Below are positions 13,236 to 24,337 of a stretch of 64,000 nucleotides of DNA, one piece after another; the first letter of the stretch is position 1, and the number at the start of each line of letters is the position of its first letter. The DNA lies in assembly GCF_004010195.1 (NCBI RefSeq), contig NC_057749.1:5923344-5987343 (forward strand). The letters run 5' to 3'. The DNA is from Chiloscyllium plagiosum (Eukaryota). The notes under the pieces are model-generated. The model saw only the letters and a program-made list of their open reading frames with translations, was not told where the DNA came from and searched no databases. Position numbers and translations under genes: made by a program.

Positions 13236-13426
13236 CTTCCCACAGTCCAAAGATGTGCAGCTTCGGTGAATTGGCCATACTTAATTGCCCACAGTGTTCA
13301 GAGATATGTAGGTTAGGTGCATTAGTCAGAGTAAATGTATAGTAATAGGGGTAGGGGAATGGATTTGGGAGGGTCAGTGTGGACTTGGTGGGCCAAATGA
13401 CCTGTTTCCATGATGTAGGGATTCTA
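13236..13426 (+). mobile_element. HE1-like SINE 3' part within an older CR1 (13135-13570, 14192-14245)
   Basis: cccacagtccaaagatgtgcag...gtagggattcta. Confidence 0.8.
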
Positions 13427-13579
13427 AGATTCAGAGTGGTGAGCAAGGGGAATGGTTGAGGACAACACATTGTGTTTTCAAGCAGGAAGTAGATATAGTT
13501 TCTATGGCTAAAGGGGGAGGGTGAATTAGGACACTGAGCTTGATGATTAGCTATGATCATAATGAATAGTGAATGACAA

Positions 13580-14192
13580 TGAAGAAGGGATTTGGTATTC
13601 TTGCCTTTATCAGTCAGTGCATAGGAGTTGGGAGGTCATGTTGCAACTGTACAGGATATTGATTAGGCCACTTTAGGGATACTGTGTGCAATTGGGTTTC
13701 CCTGCTATTGGAAGGATGTTATGAAAATTGAAAGGGTTCAGAAAAGATTCACAAGGATGTTGCCAGGGTTGGAGGGTTTGAGCTAAAAGGGGAGACTAAG
13801 TAGGCTGGGGCTACTTTCCCTGGAGCATCAGAGACAAGGGGAGACCTGACATAGTTTTATAAAATCAGGAGGGACATGGATAGGATGAATAGACAAGGTC
13901 TTTTCCCCAGGATGGGGGAATGCAAAACTAAACCTCTTAGGTTTAAGGTGAGAGGGGAAAGATTTAAAAGGGATCTAAGGGCCAACTTTTTCACACAGAG
14001 GGTGGTGCATGTATGGAATGAGCTGCCAGAGGAAGTGGTTGGAGGCTGGTACAATTATAATATTTAAAAAGCATCTGGATGGGTGGATGAATAGGAAGGG
14101 TTTATAAGAATATAGGCCAAATGGCACTAGATTAGTTAGGGTTGGCTGGTCAACATGGACCGAAAGGTCTGTCTCCATACTATACATCTCTA
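13580..14192 (+). mobile_element. CR1 LINE 3' fragment
   Basis: MDRMNRQGLFP...FFTQRVVHVWNELPEEVV. Confidence 0.9.
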
Positions 14193-14269
14193 TGAATGGT
14201 AGAGCAGGCTCTAAGGGGTCGAGTGGCCTACTCCTATCTTCTACAATGAGTCTCCAATTTTTCTTTCTG

Positions 14270-14480
14270 CCTTGTGGCTGTACAGCAATCACTCCTGCCT
14301 TTATTTGCCTTCCAATGGCATATGTTGGAAGGATTCACAGATTGCTATTTGACCTCTTTGGCCATGTTGGTGATCAGACATTCCTGGACCATCAGGACCC
14401 ACAGTGGGACTTGAACCCAGAGCTTCTAGTTTAGAGTCCGGGGTGTTATCCAAGACCCATTGAGCCACAAGAGCTCCCTA
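14270..14480 (-). mobile_element. Short tRNA-derived SINE (family E; also 22765-22870, 58695-58805, 61450-61550)
   Basis: Head cttgtgg...ctgggttcaagtcc(c/t)ac recurs at four sites. Confidence 0.55.
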
Positions 14481-14484
14481 AGAT

Positions 14485-14847
14485 TATTCCAAAAGTGGCT
14501 TAATCAATGTCCTGTACAGCTGCTCTTGCACATCTTTAATGTTCTCCTCCTACAACTGGTATCCCAGCTCTCAGCTGCCTTTTAGGCTCTGGAATTCCCT
14601 TCTTAGATATTTCCTCTTCTCCCCTATCCTTTGAAACTTAAAACATTTCTCTTTGCTGAAGCTTTTGGTCATCTGTCCTAATAGCTCCTACGGTGGCAAA
14701 GGTGTCATTTCCTTTCTGATATTGCTTCTGTGAAGTGTCTTAGAACATTTCATTAAATTAAAGATGCTCTATAAATCCAAGTTGCTTTTACAATTTCCTT
14801 TTTCAAAGTCCACACATTTCATTGTCAGCTGGCTCAAAAAGCATTTT
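14485..14847 (+). repeat. Local direct duplication, copy 1 (copy 2 at 16631-16997)
   Basis: Collinear from tattccaaaagtggc to gtcagctggctcaaaaa, crossing CR1, L2-like and unique-sequence junctions. Confidence 0.9.
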
Positions 14848-14869
14848 ACTTAAACTTAAATCTTCATCA

Positions 14870-14996
14870 TTCCTGTTGAAGAGCTTATGCCCAGAATGTC
14901 GATTCTCCTGCTCCTCGGATGCTGCCTGACCGGCTGTGCTTTTCCAGCACGCAATGTTGACTCTGATCTCCAGCATCTGCAGTCCTCACTTTTGCC
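14870..14996 (+). mobile_element. PLE family A single arm (degenerate hammerhead)
   Basis: cctgttgaagagcttatgcccagaatgtcgattctcc...ctgcagtcctcacttttgcc. Confidence 0.8.
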
Positions 14997-15629
14997 TTAG
15001 ATCTTCTTTACATTCCCTTGAATTTCTCCAGCCGCTCCAATGCAGCAGCATATGAAGAAACTGGAAATGAATTTGCCAGCAAACCAATCGGTGTATGTGG
15101 CTCACAGCAAGGAGGCCTTGCAAGTGTCTTGGCCTCACACTTGCCAACCATGGACAGGCAGAGCTCAATTTATTTAATTTAATGCTTCCTCCCCCAGACG
15201 GCAGAGAAAGATGTTTATCCAATCTGCCTCTATAATGCATCAGTTCATAACACAGCCAAAGTTGGATCTCTTTGAATCAGATTGTCAATTCCATGCCAAT
15301 TTCTGCTACATAGTCAGTAGTTGTGCATTGTTGACCTACAGCCATAGAAATATCGCTTCAGATTTTCCAATCATACTTTGGCCTTAACCACTCAGCCTTC
15401 ATTCAGTCAGTCAGGACTGGATTTGTATTCTAATCACATAGCTGAATGGCTACTCTGTTGAATACACTCAGTGCTCGTAAGTACCACGATTTTTCATTTG
15501 TCATCACCATGCTCTGTTCGCCAGTTCTGGCCTCTTGCATGTCACCTCAATTTTTAACGTTTTTAAGCTTCTCTTCCCATCTGAGCTCTGCACTCTCCTC
15601 CTGCCCCCAACCCCCCCATCGACAAATCT

Positions 15630-15812
15630 CTGATGGTGGAAACCTGAAACAAACACAAACTGCTGGAGAAACTCAGCAGGTCCGGCAGCATCTGTGAAGA
15701 GAGAAACTGAGTTAAATTGAATCATATCAGACCCCAAAACATTGTTTTCTCTCCCCACGGATGCTGCCAGACCGGTTGAGTTTCTCCAACATTCTCGGTG
15801 TTTGCTACAAAT
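15630..15812. mobile_element. Old PLE palindromic element, family D
   Basis: Inverted arms ctggagaaactcagcaggtccggcagcatc / gatgctgccagaccggttgagtttctccaa. Confidence 0.7.
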
Positions 15813-15845
15813 CTCTGGATTGCTGAGCCTTTTCCAGTTCATACG

Positions 15846-16666
15846 TAGAGTCATAGAGCCATAGAGGTGTATGGCATGGAAACAGATCCAACGGTCCAAC
15901 ACCAGATATCTGAAATTAATCTAATCCCAATTGCCAGCATTTGACTCATATTCCTCTAAACCCTTCTTATTCATATACTTGTCCAGATGCCTTTTAAATG
16001 TTGTAATTGTATTAGTCTTAACCACTTCCTCTGGAAACTCATTCCATATACACACAACCCTCTGCATGAAAACATTGGCCCTTAGATCCCTTTTAAATCT
16101 TTCCCCCCTCACCTTAAACCTATACTCACTAGTTTTGGACTCCCCTACCCTGGGGAAAAGACCTTGTCTATTCATCCTATCAATGCCCTTCATGATTTTA
16201 TAAACCTCTATAAGGTCACCCTCCGTCTCTCCAGGGAAAATAACCCTGGCCTGTTCAGCCTCTCCCTGTAGCTCAAACTCTCCGACCCGAGTAACATCCT
16301 TGTGAATCTTTTCTGAACCCTTTCAAGTTTTCAAAGTTTGTGAAAAGATTTGTAGCTCGGGTGCTCGATGTTGTGGTTCTGTTCGCCGAGCTGGAAATTT
16401 GTGTTGCAGATGTTTCGTCCCCTATCTAGGTGACATCCTCAGTGCTTGGGAGCCTCCTGTGAAGCGCTTCTGTGATCTTTCCTCCGGCATTTGTAGTGGT
16501 TTGAATCTATGTCACCTAGACAGGGGATGAAATGTCTGCAACACAAATTCCCAGCTCGGCGAACAGAACCATAACCTTTCAAGTTTCACAACATCTTTCC
16601 TGAAGGGGGGGAGACCAGAATTTAACACAGTATTCCAAAAGTGGCCTAATCAATGTCTTGTACAGC
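15846..16666 (-). mobile_element. CR1 LINE 3' fragment with nested PLE
   Basis: Minus ORF MKGIDRMNRQGLFP...GNWD; reversed tail tagagtcatagag. Confidence 0.9.
16331..16574 (-). mobile_element. PLE terminal element (family B) with inverted partial copy and hammerhead core
   Basis: Minus gca-CTGAGGA-T-GTCACC TAGATA GGGGAC-GAAACATC-tgc (16406-16445); inverted arm 16510-16574; TSD cctttcaagttt 16319-16330 / 16575-16586. Confidence 0.8.
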
Positions 16667-16997
16667 CGCTCTTTCACATCTTTAATGTTCTCCTCTAACA
16701 ACTGGTACCCCAGCTCTCAGCTGGCTTTTAGACTCTGGAATTCCCGTCTTAAGTATTTCCTCTTCTCCCTCCTCTTTCAAACTGTCATTTAAAACATATC
16801 TCTTTGCCTAAGCTTTTGGTTATCTGTCCTAATAGCTCCTACAGGGGCAACAGTGTCACTTTTTCCTGATATTGCTTCTGTGAAGTGTCATCGAATATTT
16901 CATTAAATTAAAGATGCTCTATAAATCCAAGTTGCTTTTACAATTTCCTTTTTCAAGGTCCACACATTTCATTGTCAGCTGGCTCAAAAAACATTTT
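16631..16997 (+). repeat. Local direct duplication, copy 2 (probable donor)
   Basis: Matches 14485-14847 and is continuous with the CR1 at 15846-16666. Confidence 0.9.
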
Positions 16998-17667
16998 TCA
17001 AAATTCACTCATGGGACATGGGTGTCGCTGGCTGGGACCATATTTCTTGCCCGTCTCTAGTTGCCCTTTGAGAAATTAGCGGTGGGCTGCCTTCATGAAC
17101 TGCTGCATTCTGTGAGAAAAGTGAATTTTCAGAACCTTCAGATCATTTGATAGATATGTTTGTCCTTAATAAGTAAAGCAGATTGGCTTGAGTTGTTTGG
17201 TTTCAGGAGAATCATTAGGAAAAGATCTTTTTATTCTGTAAAATCACAAGGATTAGACAAATCAGACGAAGATTTCCTGCAGCATTGAAGAGTCTGGCTT
17301 GTGTAATCTGATTTGTCCTTGTTTTGTTGCTGTTTCTATAGTAATAGCAGGAAAGAGAGGAAATTGAGAAATTACAGACAGACACAGACCTTGCAATAAC
17401 TAATATAGCAAAAAATGAAATAGATAGAAGACGAGGATAAACATTGTTTGTGAACACCCACGCTCCCTCTCATTTTTCCTGCTACTGCACAGACCTCTGA
17501 CATGCATGGCAACAACTTCCAGAACCTGGGGTCAAAGTGTCCCAATATCTACTGGTTTGTGGGGACTCTACAAATTCTGCATAGTAGAATAAGTAAATAA
17601 ACAGCTAGTGAAATAACATTTTAGCCCAATATCTCGGAAGGAGTTTGTGAGTCATTTTCTGTGTGAT

Positions 17668-19475
17668 GAGGCACCATCTTTTATTTCCACCTTCCCATGG
17701 TTGATGCACCATTTATATTTTCCCCTTTCTGTGCTTGGTGCACCATTTTATATTTTCCCTTTTCTGTGCTTGGTGCACCATTTATATTTTCCCCTTTCTG
17801 TGCTTGGTGCACCATTTAATATTTTCCCCTTTCTGTGCTGGGTGCACCATTTTATATTTTCCCCTTTCTGTGCTTGGTGCATCATTTTATATTTTCCCTT
17901 TTCTGTGCTTGATACACCATTTATATTTTCCCCTTTCTGTGCTGGGTGCACCATTTTATATTTTCCCCTTTCTGTGCTTGGTGCACCATTTTATATTTTC
18001 CCCTTTCTGTGCTTGGTGCACCATTTTATATTTTCCCCTTTCTGTGCTTGGTGCACCATTTTATATTTTCCCCTTTCTGTGCTTGGTGCACCATTTTATA
18101 TTTTCCCCTTTCTGTGCTTGGTGCACCATTTTATATTTTCCCCTTTCTGTGCTTGGTGCACCATTTTATATTTTCCCCTTTCTGTGCTTGGTGCACCATT
18201 TTATATTTTCCCCTTTCTGTGCTTGGTGCACCATTTTATATTTTCCCCTTTCTGTGCTTGGTGCACCATTTTATATTTTCCCCTTTCTGTGCTTGGTGCA
18301 CCATTTTATATTTTCCCCTTTCTGTGCTTGGTGCACCATTTTATATTTTCCCCTTTCTGTGCTTGGTGCACCATTTTATATTTTCCCCTTTCTGTGCTTG
18401 GTGCACCATTTTATATTTTCCCCTTTCTGTGCTTGGTGCACCATTTTATATTTTCCCCTTTCTGTGCTTGGTGCACCATTTTATATTTTCCCCTTTCTGT
18501 GCTTGGTGCACCATTTTATATTTTCCCCTTTCTGTGCTTGGTGCACCATTTTATATTTTCCCCTTTCTGTGCTTGGTGCACCATTTTATATTTTCCCCTT
18601 TCTGTGCTTGGTGCACCATTTTATATTTTCCCCTTTCTGTGCTTGGTGCACCATTTTATATTTTCCCCTTTCTGTGCTTGGTGCACCATTTTATATTTTC
18701 CCCTTTCTGTGCTTGGTGCACCATTTTATATTTTCCCCTTTCTGTGCTTGGTGCACCATTTTATATTTTCCCCTTTCTGTGCTTGGTGCACCATTTTATA
18801 TTTTCCCCTTTCTGTGCTTGGTGCACCATTTTATATTTTCCCCTTTCTGTGCTTGGTGCACCATTTTATATTTTCCCCTTTCTGTGCTTGGTGCACCATT
18901 TTATATTTTCCCCTTTCTGTGCTTGGTGCACCATTTTATATTTTCCCCTTTCTGTGCTTGGTGCACCATTTTATATTTTCCCCTTTCTGTGCTTGGTGCA
19001 CCATTTTATATTTTCCCCTTTCTGTGCTTGGTGCACCATTTTATATTTTCCCCTTTCTGTGCTTGGTGCACCATTTTATATTTTCCCCTTTCTGTGCTTG
19101 GTGCACCATTTTATATTTTCCCCTTTCTGTGCTTGGTGCACCATTTTATATTTTCCCCTTTCTGTGCTTGGTGCACCATTTTATATTTTCCCCTTTCTGT
19201 GCTTGGTGCACCATTTTATATTTTCCCCTTTCTGTGCTTGGTGCACCATTTTATATTTTCCCCTTTCTGTGCTGGGTGCACCATTTTATATTTTCCCCTT
19301 TCTGTGCTTGGTACACCATTTTATATTTTCCCCTTTCTGTGCTTGGTGCACCATTTTATATTTCCCCTTTCTGCACTTGGTGCTCCATTTATATTTTCAC
19401 CTTTCTGTACTTGGTGCATGACTTGAAAGCTTTTCCTTTCTGTGCAGTGGTGCACCATTTTACATTTACCCCTTT
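17668..19475. repeat. 35-bp minisatellite, about 50 copies
   Basis: Unit CCCTTTCTGTGCTTGGTGCACCATTTTATATTTTC; the lines at 18001 and 18421 are identical (420 = 12 x 35); degenerate edges. Confidence 0.97.
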
Positions 19476-19765
19476 ATTTAATATTTTCATTCTTTATGTT
19501 TTTGTTTTCCTTCCAATGTGGGTGGAATATTCCCACAAAAGAAGATCCAAACTCAAGTTATTATTTTCAAATTGCGATCGGTGGATTTTAGCTGAATAAG
19601 GGTAACAAACAACATTCAAGCAAGAGTAGAAGATAAAGATACAAATCATCTGTGACCTAACCATATGGCAGTGGAACTGCCTTGATGGGTTGAAGGGCCT
19701 CCTGATGTTCCCATGTTTCTATGGACTGTATTGTACATTGATGTGGTAGGCCTGCATATTGTGGT

Positions 19766-19962
19766 TGTAATGAAGTCAACCAGATGGACCTCATAAAATA
19801 TGATGGGGCTGTTAATCTGGACCAATTAGGAGCCCTGGCTGATGTATAAAAATGTGAGGTGCCAGAGATACTCTGAATAAGGCAGCACTAAAGTTGAGGA
19901 CTGTTCCTGTGTTAATAAAGGATGACTTGGTGTTGGCTACTGGCCTCTGTGGAGTCCTTTCA
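19766..19962 (+). mobile_element. Solo-LTR-like element (family L1)
   Basis: TG...CA ends, TATAAAA then AATAAA; homologous to 32213-32445 and 57190-57525. Confidence 0.6.
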
Positions 19963-20008
19963 TTGCCCCATAGATAAATTCTGGGAGTGAGCTCTATTCT
20001 AGTGTGTT

Positions 20009-20295
20009 ATAGAGTCAGAGAATATGGAAACAGACACTACAGTCCAAATAGAATGTGCCAAACATAATCCCAAACTAAACTAGTCCCACCTGCCTACTCC
20101 TGGCCCATATTCCTCCAAAAGAGAAAGTAATGATTGCAGATGCTGGAAGTCTCTTCTGACTCATATCTCTCCAAATCTTTCCTACTCATGTGGCCTATCC
20201 AAATGTCTTTTAAATGTTGTAATTGTACACACATCCACCACTTCCTCAGGAATTTTATCGCACATGCGAACAACCCTCTGTGAAAACATTTGCTC
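20009..20295 (-). mobile_element. CR1 3' end with a tiny PLE family A insertion (20120-20161)
   Basis: Insert gagaaagtaatgattgcagatgctgga flanked by catattcctccaaa / catatctctccaaa. Confidence 0.75.
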
Positions 20296-21049
20296 CTCGT
20301 TTCCTGTTGCGTTGACTGATGATTTATTGACTTAAACCATGACCATGGCCCCTCAGAAACAGGAAATCCAACCTCTGAGAACTGGCTGTTGATCAAAGGT
20401 TGGCAGTTTTTCTAATACCAGCAGCGCCACCAGGAGCAATGGCTACTGCTGGTATTGCAGCAAGGACCACAGAAAGATGTGCTGTGTTGGAGGCAGACCA
20501 GAGGTAGGTTGGGGGCCAGGCTCGCAAATTTTACCTATGGGGGCAGGATTATCATGCCTGTTGTAGAATTCCATCCGTAGGAACAGAGGAAGCCATTTAA
20601 TCTCTCAAGGTGAGGTGAGGGGTGATGGGGTGAGGTAGAGAGACTAGTGTAGACAGACTAGTGAGGGAAACTGGGTCAAAGAAGGACTTGGGGCTCTATC
20701 CCCCCACCAACCATTATAGTGAAAGTTGCTTTACCCGCTATTGGGTACAGCAATAGTGGCAGGTTTAAACTCTCAATTGCCTATTGAGTATCATCCATTG
20801 ACTCACAGTGAGCAGATCACTCACATCTCTTATTCCACTTGGGGTCGGGGGAGCAGAGGACAGGCAAAAAGGCATTTCACGTCAACCCCTGCCAAATGGG
20901 TACAATACAATCCAGCTCACTGTTCCCACAATCAATATTTTCTGACCAAAATAAAACCAAGCCTTTTGCAATAACCTGAGTTTGTGAAAGATGCAACATA
21001 AAGCAATTAATTGCGAGTGAAGTACTTTTGTACTGTAGTCACTGCCAGT

Positions 21050-21810
21050 CACTGGCTGGGCCAACATTCCTAGTTGCCCTTGAAAAGATGATGGTGAGCT
21101 TGTGTTCTTGAACTGCTCTGGTTAGTCCATGCGCTGTAGGTTGATGCACAATGCTATTAGAAGGGAGTTCTAGAGTTTTGACTCAATGATGCTGAAGATA
21201 TTTTCAAGTCAGGATGGTGAGTGGCTTAGAGTGGAATTTGCAGATGGTGCATTCACATGTATCTACTGTCCTTGGCTTTCTAGATAGTAGTGGTCAAGGA
21301 TTTAGAAGGTGCTGTCTAAGGAGCCTTGGTGAACTTCTGAAGTGCATCTTGTAGATAATGCACATTGCTGCTACTAAGCATCATTGGCGAAGGGATGTGG
21401 TGTCAATCAAGTGGGCTGCTTTGTCCTGGCTGCTTTCAAGCTTCTTCACTGTTGTTGGAGCTGCACCCATCCAAGTAATTGAGGAGTATTCCATCACACT
21501 CCTGACTAGTGCTTTGCAGATGGTGAACAGGCTCTGAGGAGTCAGGAGGTAAGTTACTCACTACCCACTCCAAGATTCCTAACCTCTGATCTGCTTTCTT
21601 AATGGTGGTATTCATATGGTTAGTCTATTTCAGTTTCTGGTCAATGGTGACCCCCAAGATATTGTTAGTGGGAGATTCAGTGATGATAAAGTAATTGAAT
21701 GTCAAAGGATGTTGGTTAGATTCTCTCTTTTTGGAGCTGGTCATTGTCTAGCATTTATGTGGCATAACTGTAACTGGCCACACAAGCCTGGATGTTGTGC
21801 AGATGTTGAT
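21050..21810 (-). mobile_element. Old LINE 3' region (tail shared with SINE family B)
   Basis: Same sequence family at 17005-17110, 32685-33040, 50720-51570 and 53790-54090. Confidence 0.7.
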
Positions 21811-22451
21811 GCATTTGGGCAAGGACTAGTTATGGGGCATCATTGTGTCACAACAAATACTCAGCGTGTGAAATAGGGTCAGTTAAACTGTTGACAAGAA
21901 TGATGAGTGCTTAATGCATTTCTACTCAGTACTTAACAGATGGAAACATGCCATTTAACCAGAATTAGTGTCCTTGCGTTCCTAGAAATGGCTTCTGGTA
22001 CATTCTGAACATGCTGGCCTCACCATACATCGGATAATGTATTGATGAATCTCCCTGTGTCTCATTGCTTATGCTAAAAGCTCCTAAGAGTGACCTAGAA
22101 TTTCTGAGCATTGTAACTGTTCGCAACATCATATGAGAGGAAGGAAGGCCAGACCTCAGGGCTAAATATAAGTGGATGTTAATGGTGTCACTAGCAGCAT
22201 CTGATAGTCCAATCAATCAATGACATCCTTGAAATTCTTACACCTTTGACCCCAAAAAGCTATTCTATTCCTCCTGTCCCAATGTGCTGAATACACAGGA
22301 GACTGCATTTGGTGAATTGAACAAGTGAATTTAATAAAACAATGCTGGTTGCTTCCTCTGCATGTGTATGACCCAATCATTAACCTCCTAATCAATAAAG
22401 ACCTGTCTCAAAAGAAGCTAACAAATTGTACCATTTTGTCTGATTGGACAG

Positions 22452-22613
22452 ATCTTCCACATGACCTACGACCTGGCAAGTGCAGTGGTGCGCATTGTTA
22501 ACCTCATTGGGATGATGCTGTTGCTATGCCATTGGGACGGTTGCCTCCAGTTCCTGGTTCCTATGCTGCAGGAGTTCCCAGCTGACTGCTGGGTGTCTCT
22601 CAACAACATGGTG
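22452..22613 (+). CDS. HCN4: Internal coding exon (exon 3 equivalent) of an HCN channel, HCN4-like: [54 protein letters not shown]
   Basis: Acceptor ttttgtctgattggacAG|ATC and donor GTG|gtgagt; 162 nt = 54 codons, phase 0/0. The peptide is the conserved HCN S4-S5/S5/turret segment. [11 protein letters not shown] plus VPML matches HCN4 better than HCN1/HCN3 (RIFN) or HCN2 (VMRICNLIS). HCN family is near certain; the paralog is less certain. Confidence 0.9.
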
Positions 22614-23060
22614 GTGAGTAGCTCTTGGCATACTACAAGAATATGCATCAATGTAATGTATTAGTGATTCGAACTTTGGGTACTACATGAGAGCCACATT
22701 TCATACCTGGATTTATTGTGCTCAGGTGAAGCCATTTAGAAAGGATTCAGACTAGACTCTCAAGAGGGCACTTGTGGTGCAGTCGTAGTACTCCTCCCTC
22801 TGAGCCAGGAGGCCTGGGTTCAAGTCCTACCTGCTCCAGAGTTTGGTAATAACATCTTTCAAGAAGTTGAGTACAAAGTATCTAATAGACTCATGAGAAT
22901 GGTTCCAGGGATGCAGATAATTTGGAACAGTTTTCTTTGGAAAAGAGAAGATTCATAGGGGTTTAAATTGAGGTAGTCAAAATTATTAAAGGTCTTGAAG
23001 TAATAGCCAAATCTGTACTGGAAACAGAAGGAAAGACATTTTGTTTTGGCACGCGTTAAG

Positions 23061-23216
23061 GTTTGGTATGTGCAGCCCTTGGTAGGGTCTGGTATGTGCT
23101 GTCCATGGTAGAGTTTGGTATGTGCAGCCCTTGGTAGGGTCTGGTATGTGCTGTCCATGGTAGAGTTTGGTATGAGCTGCCCATGATAGGATCTGGTATG
23201 TGCTGCCCATGGTAGG
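23061..23216. repeat. 26-bp tandem repeat x6 with a 52-bp higher-order unit
   Basis: gtttggtatgtgcagcccttggtagg alternating with gtctggtatgtgctgtccatggtaga. Confidence 0.9.
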
Positions 23217-23830
23217 TTTAGATTCAATCGAAGCATTCAAAAGAGGATTAGATTATTGTCTGAAAATGAGGAATGTGAAGGTTATGTAGACACAATGGTG
23301 TGGAGCACCAAGCACACTGTTCATTTGCAGAGTCACATAGACATGACCAGTGGAATGGCCTCTTTCTGTGCTGTAATAATACTGAGATTTTGGTTGCTAT
23401 CAGTTTATTCAGGCATAGAGAAGTGTCATCGAAACAAGGTAAGCACTCATTTCTTTGCGCTCTTGACAATGGCTTTGAGATGACAAGAACATAGTGAGTC
23501 ATCGTCACATTGGATAAGATATAAAGACACTATTTGTCTCATTGCCTTTGCTAAAACATCCAAAAATAAATCGAAGCAGCACTTTGAGATGGGAGATCAA
23601 GGTTTTCGCTTGAAGTTTTCACCAAATACCTGAGATGAAAATGAAGAACTGATGTGCAAAGTTTTTTTTTGTACAGGAAGATACGATGGATTAGCCTTGA
23701 AAAAGAGTTGGAGCACAGCAAGGTGTGATTATCCCATGCCTGATGAGTGCCATGCTGACTGAACAGCAACTTGGTGCACGCTCTTTGTAATGATTCCTGT
23801 GGTGGTCAGCTCAAAGTGTTCTGTTGTTTG

Positions 23831-24337
23831 TGTTATGGACCAGACCAAACCTCTTCAGACTATTTTAAGAAGGTAGTCTATACCCCAACTTTTTTCTTAT
23901 TTTAAAGGCAAATCTAACATGCTGTGTTCCAGATGCAATTTGCCTGGTCAAACTACTTGATGTTTAAGCAACACACAATTTATTTAAACATTATAGTTAA
24001 AATACAACAAAAGAAAGAAGAACTTAGAATAACTTAACCCTTTTGGAAAACTTAACCATACAAAAGATGTAGTAACTATTACTAACTAACTGTTCCAATA
24101 TAGTGACATCCCATAAATGCACCCGTTGGCAAAAAGGCAAATTCATAAAAATAGATTTGTCTCACAGGTCTGTGAGGGCACACCACACCCATCCAGGCTG
24201 CTTCTATTGTTCCAAATACCCCAACGCCTCCCAAGCTGTTTACTTTATGGATCTTCATTAGCCATCCCAAACTCTGTCTTAAAATCTCTCTTTTAAAAAA
24301 AAACAAAATAATCTCTTAAAGCCACAGCATCATCACA
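23831..24337 (-). mobile_element. Probable solo LTR (Gypsy-like)
   Basis: Termini TGTTATG...CATCACA; 4-bp flanks tttg/attg; AATAAA on the minus strand. Confidence 0.55.

Noticed and set aside
17668..19475. CRISPR-like array (35-bp repeat with palindrome)
   Set aside because: No unique spacers and no cas genes; vertebrate intron.
17647..19599. 650, 563 and 491-aa ORFs
   Set aside because: Artefacts of a stop-free 35-bp tandem repeat; all three frames give the same 35-aa cycle.
20414..20456. Hairpin aataccagcag...ctgctggtatt with a CTCF-like core
   Set aside because: Short stem and several mismatches to the CTCF consensus; probably an old repeat remnant.
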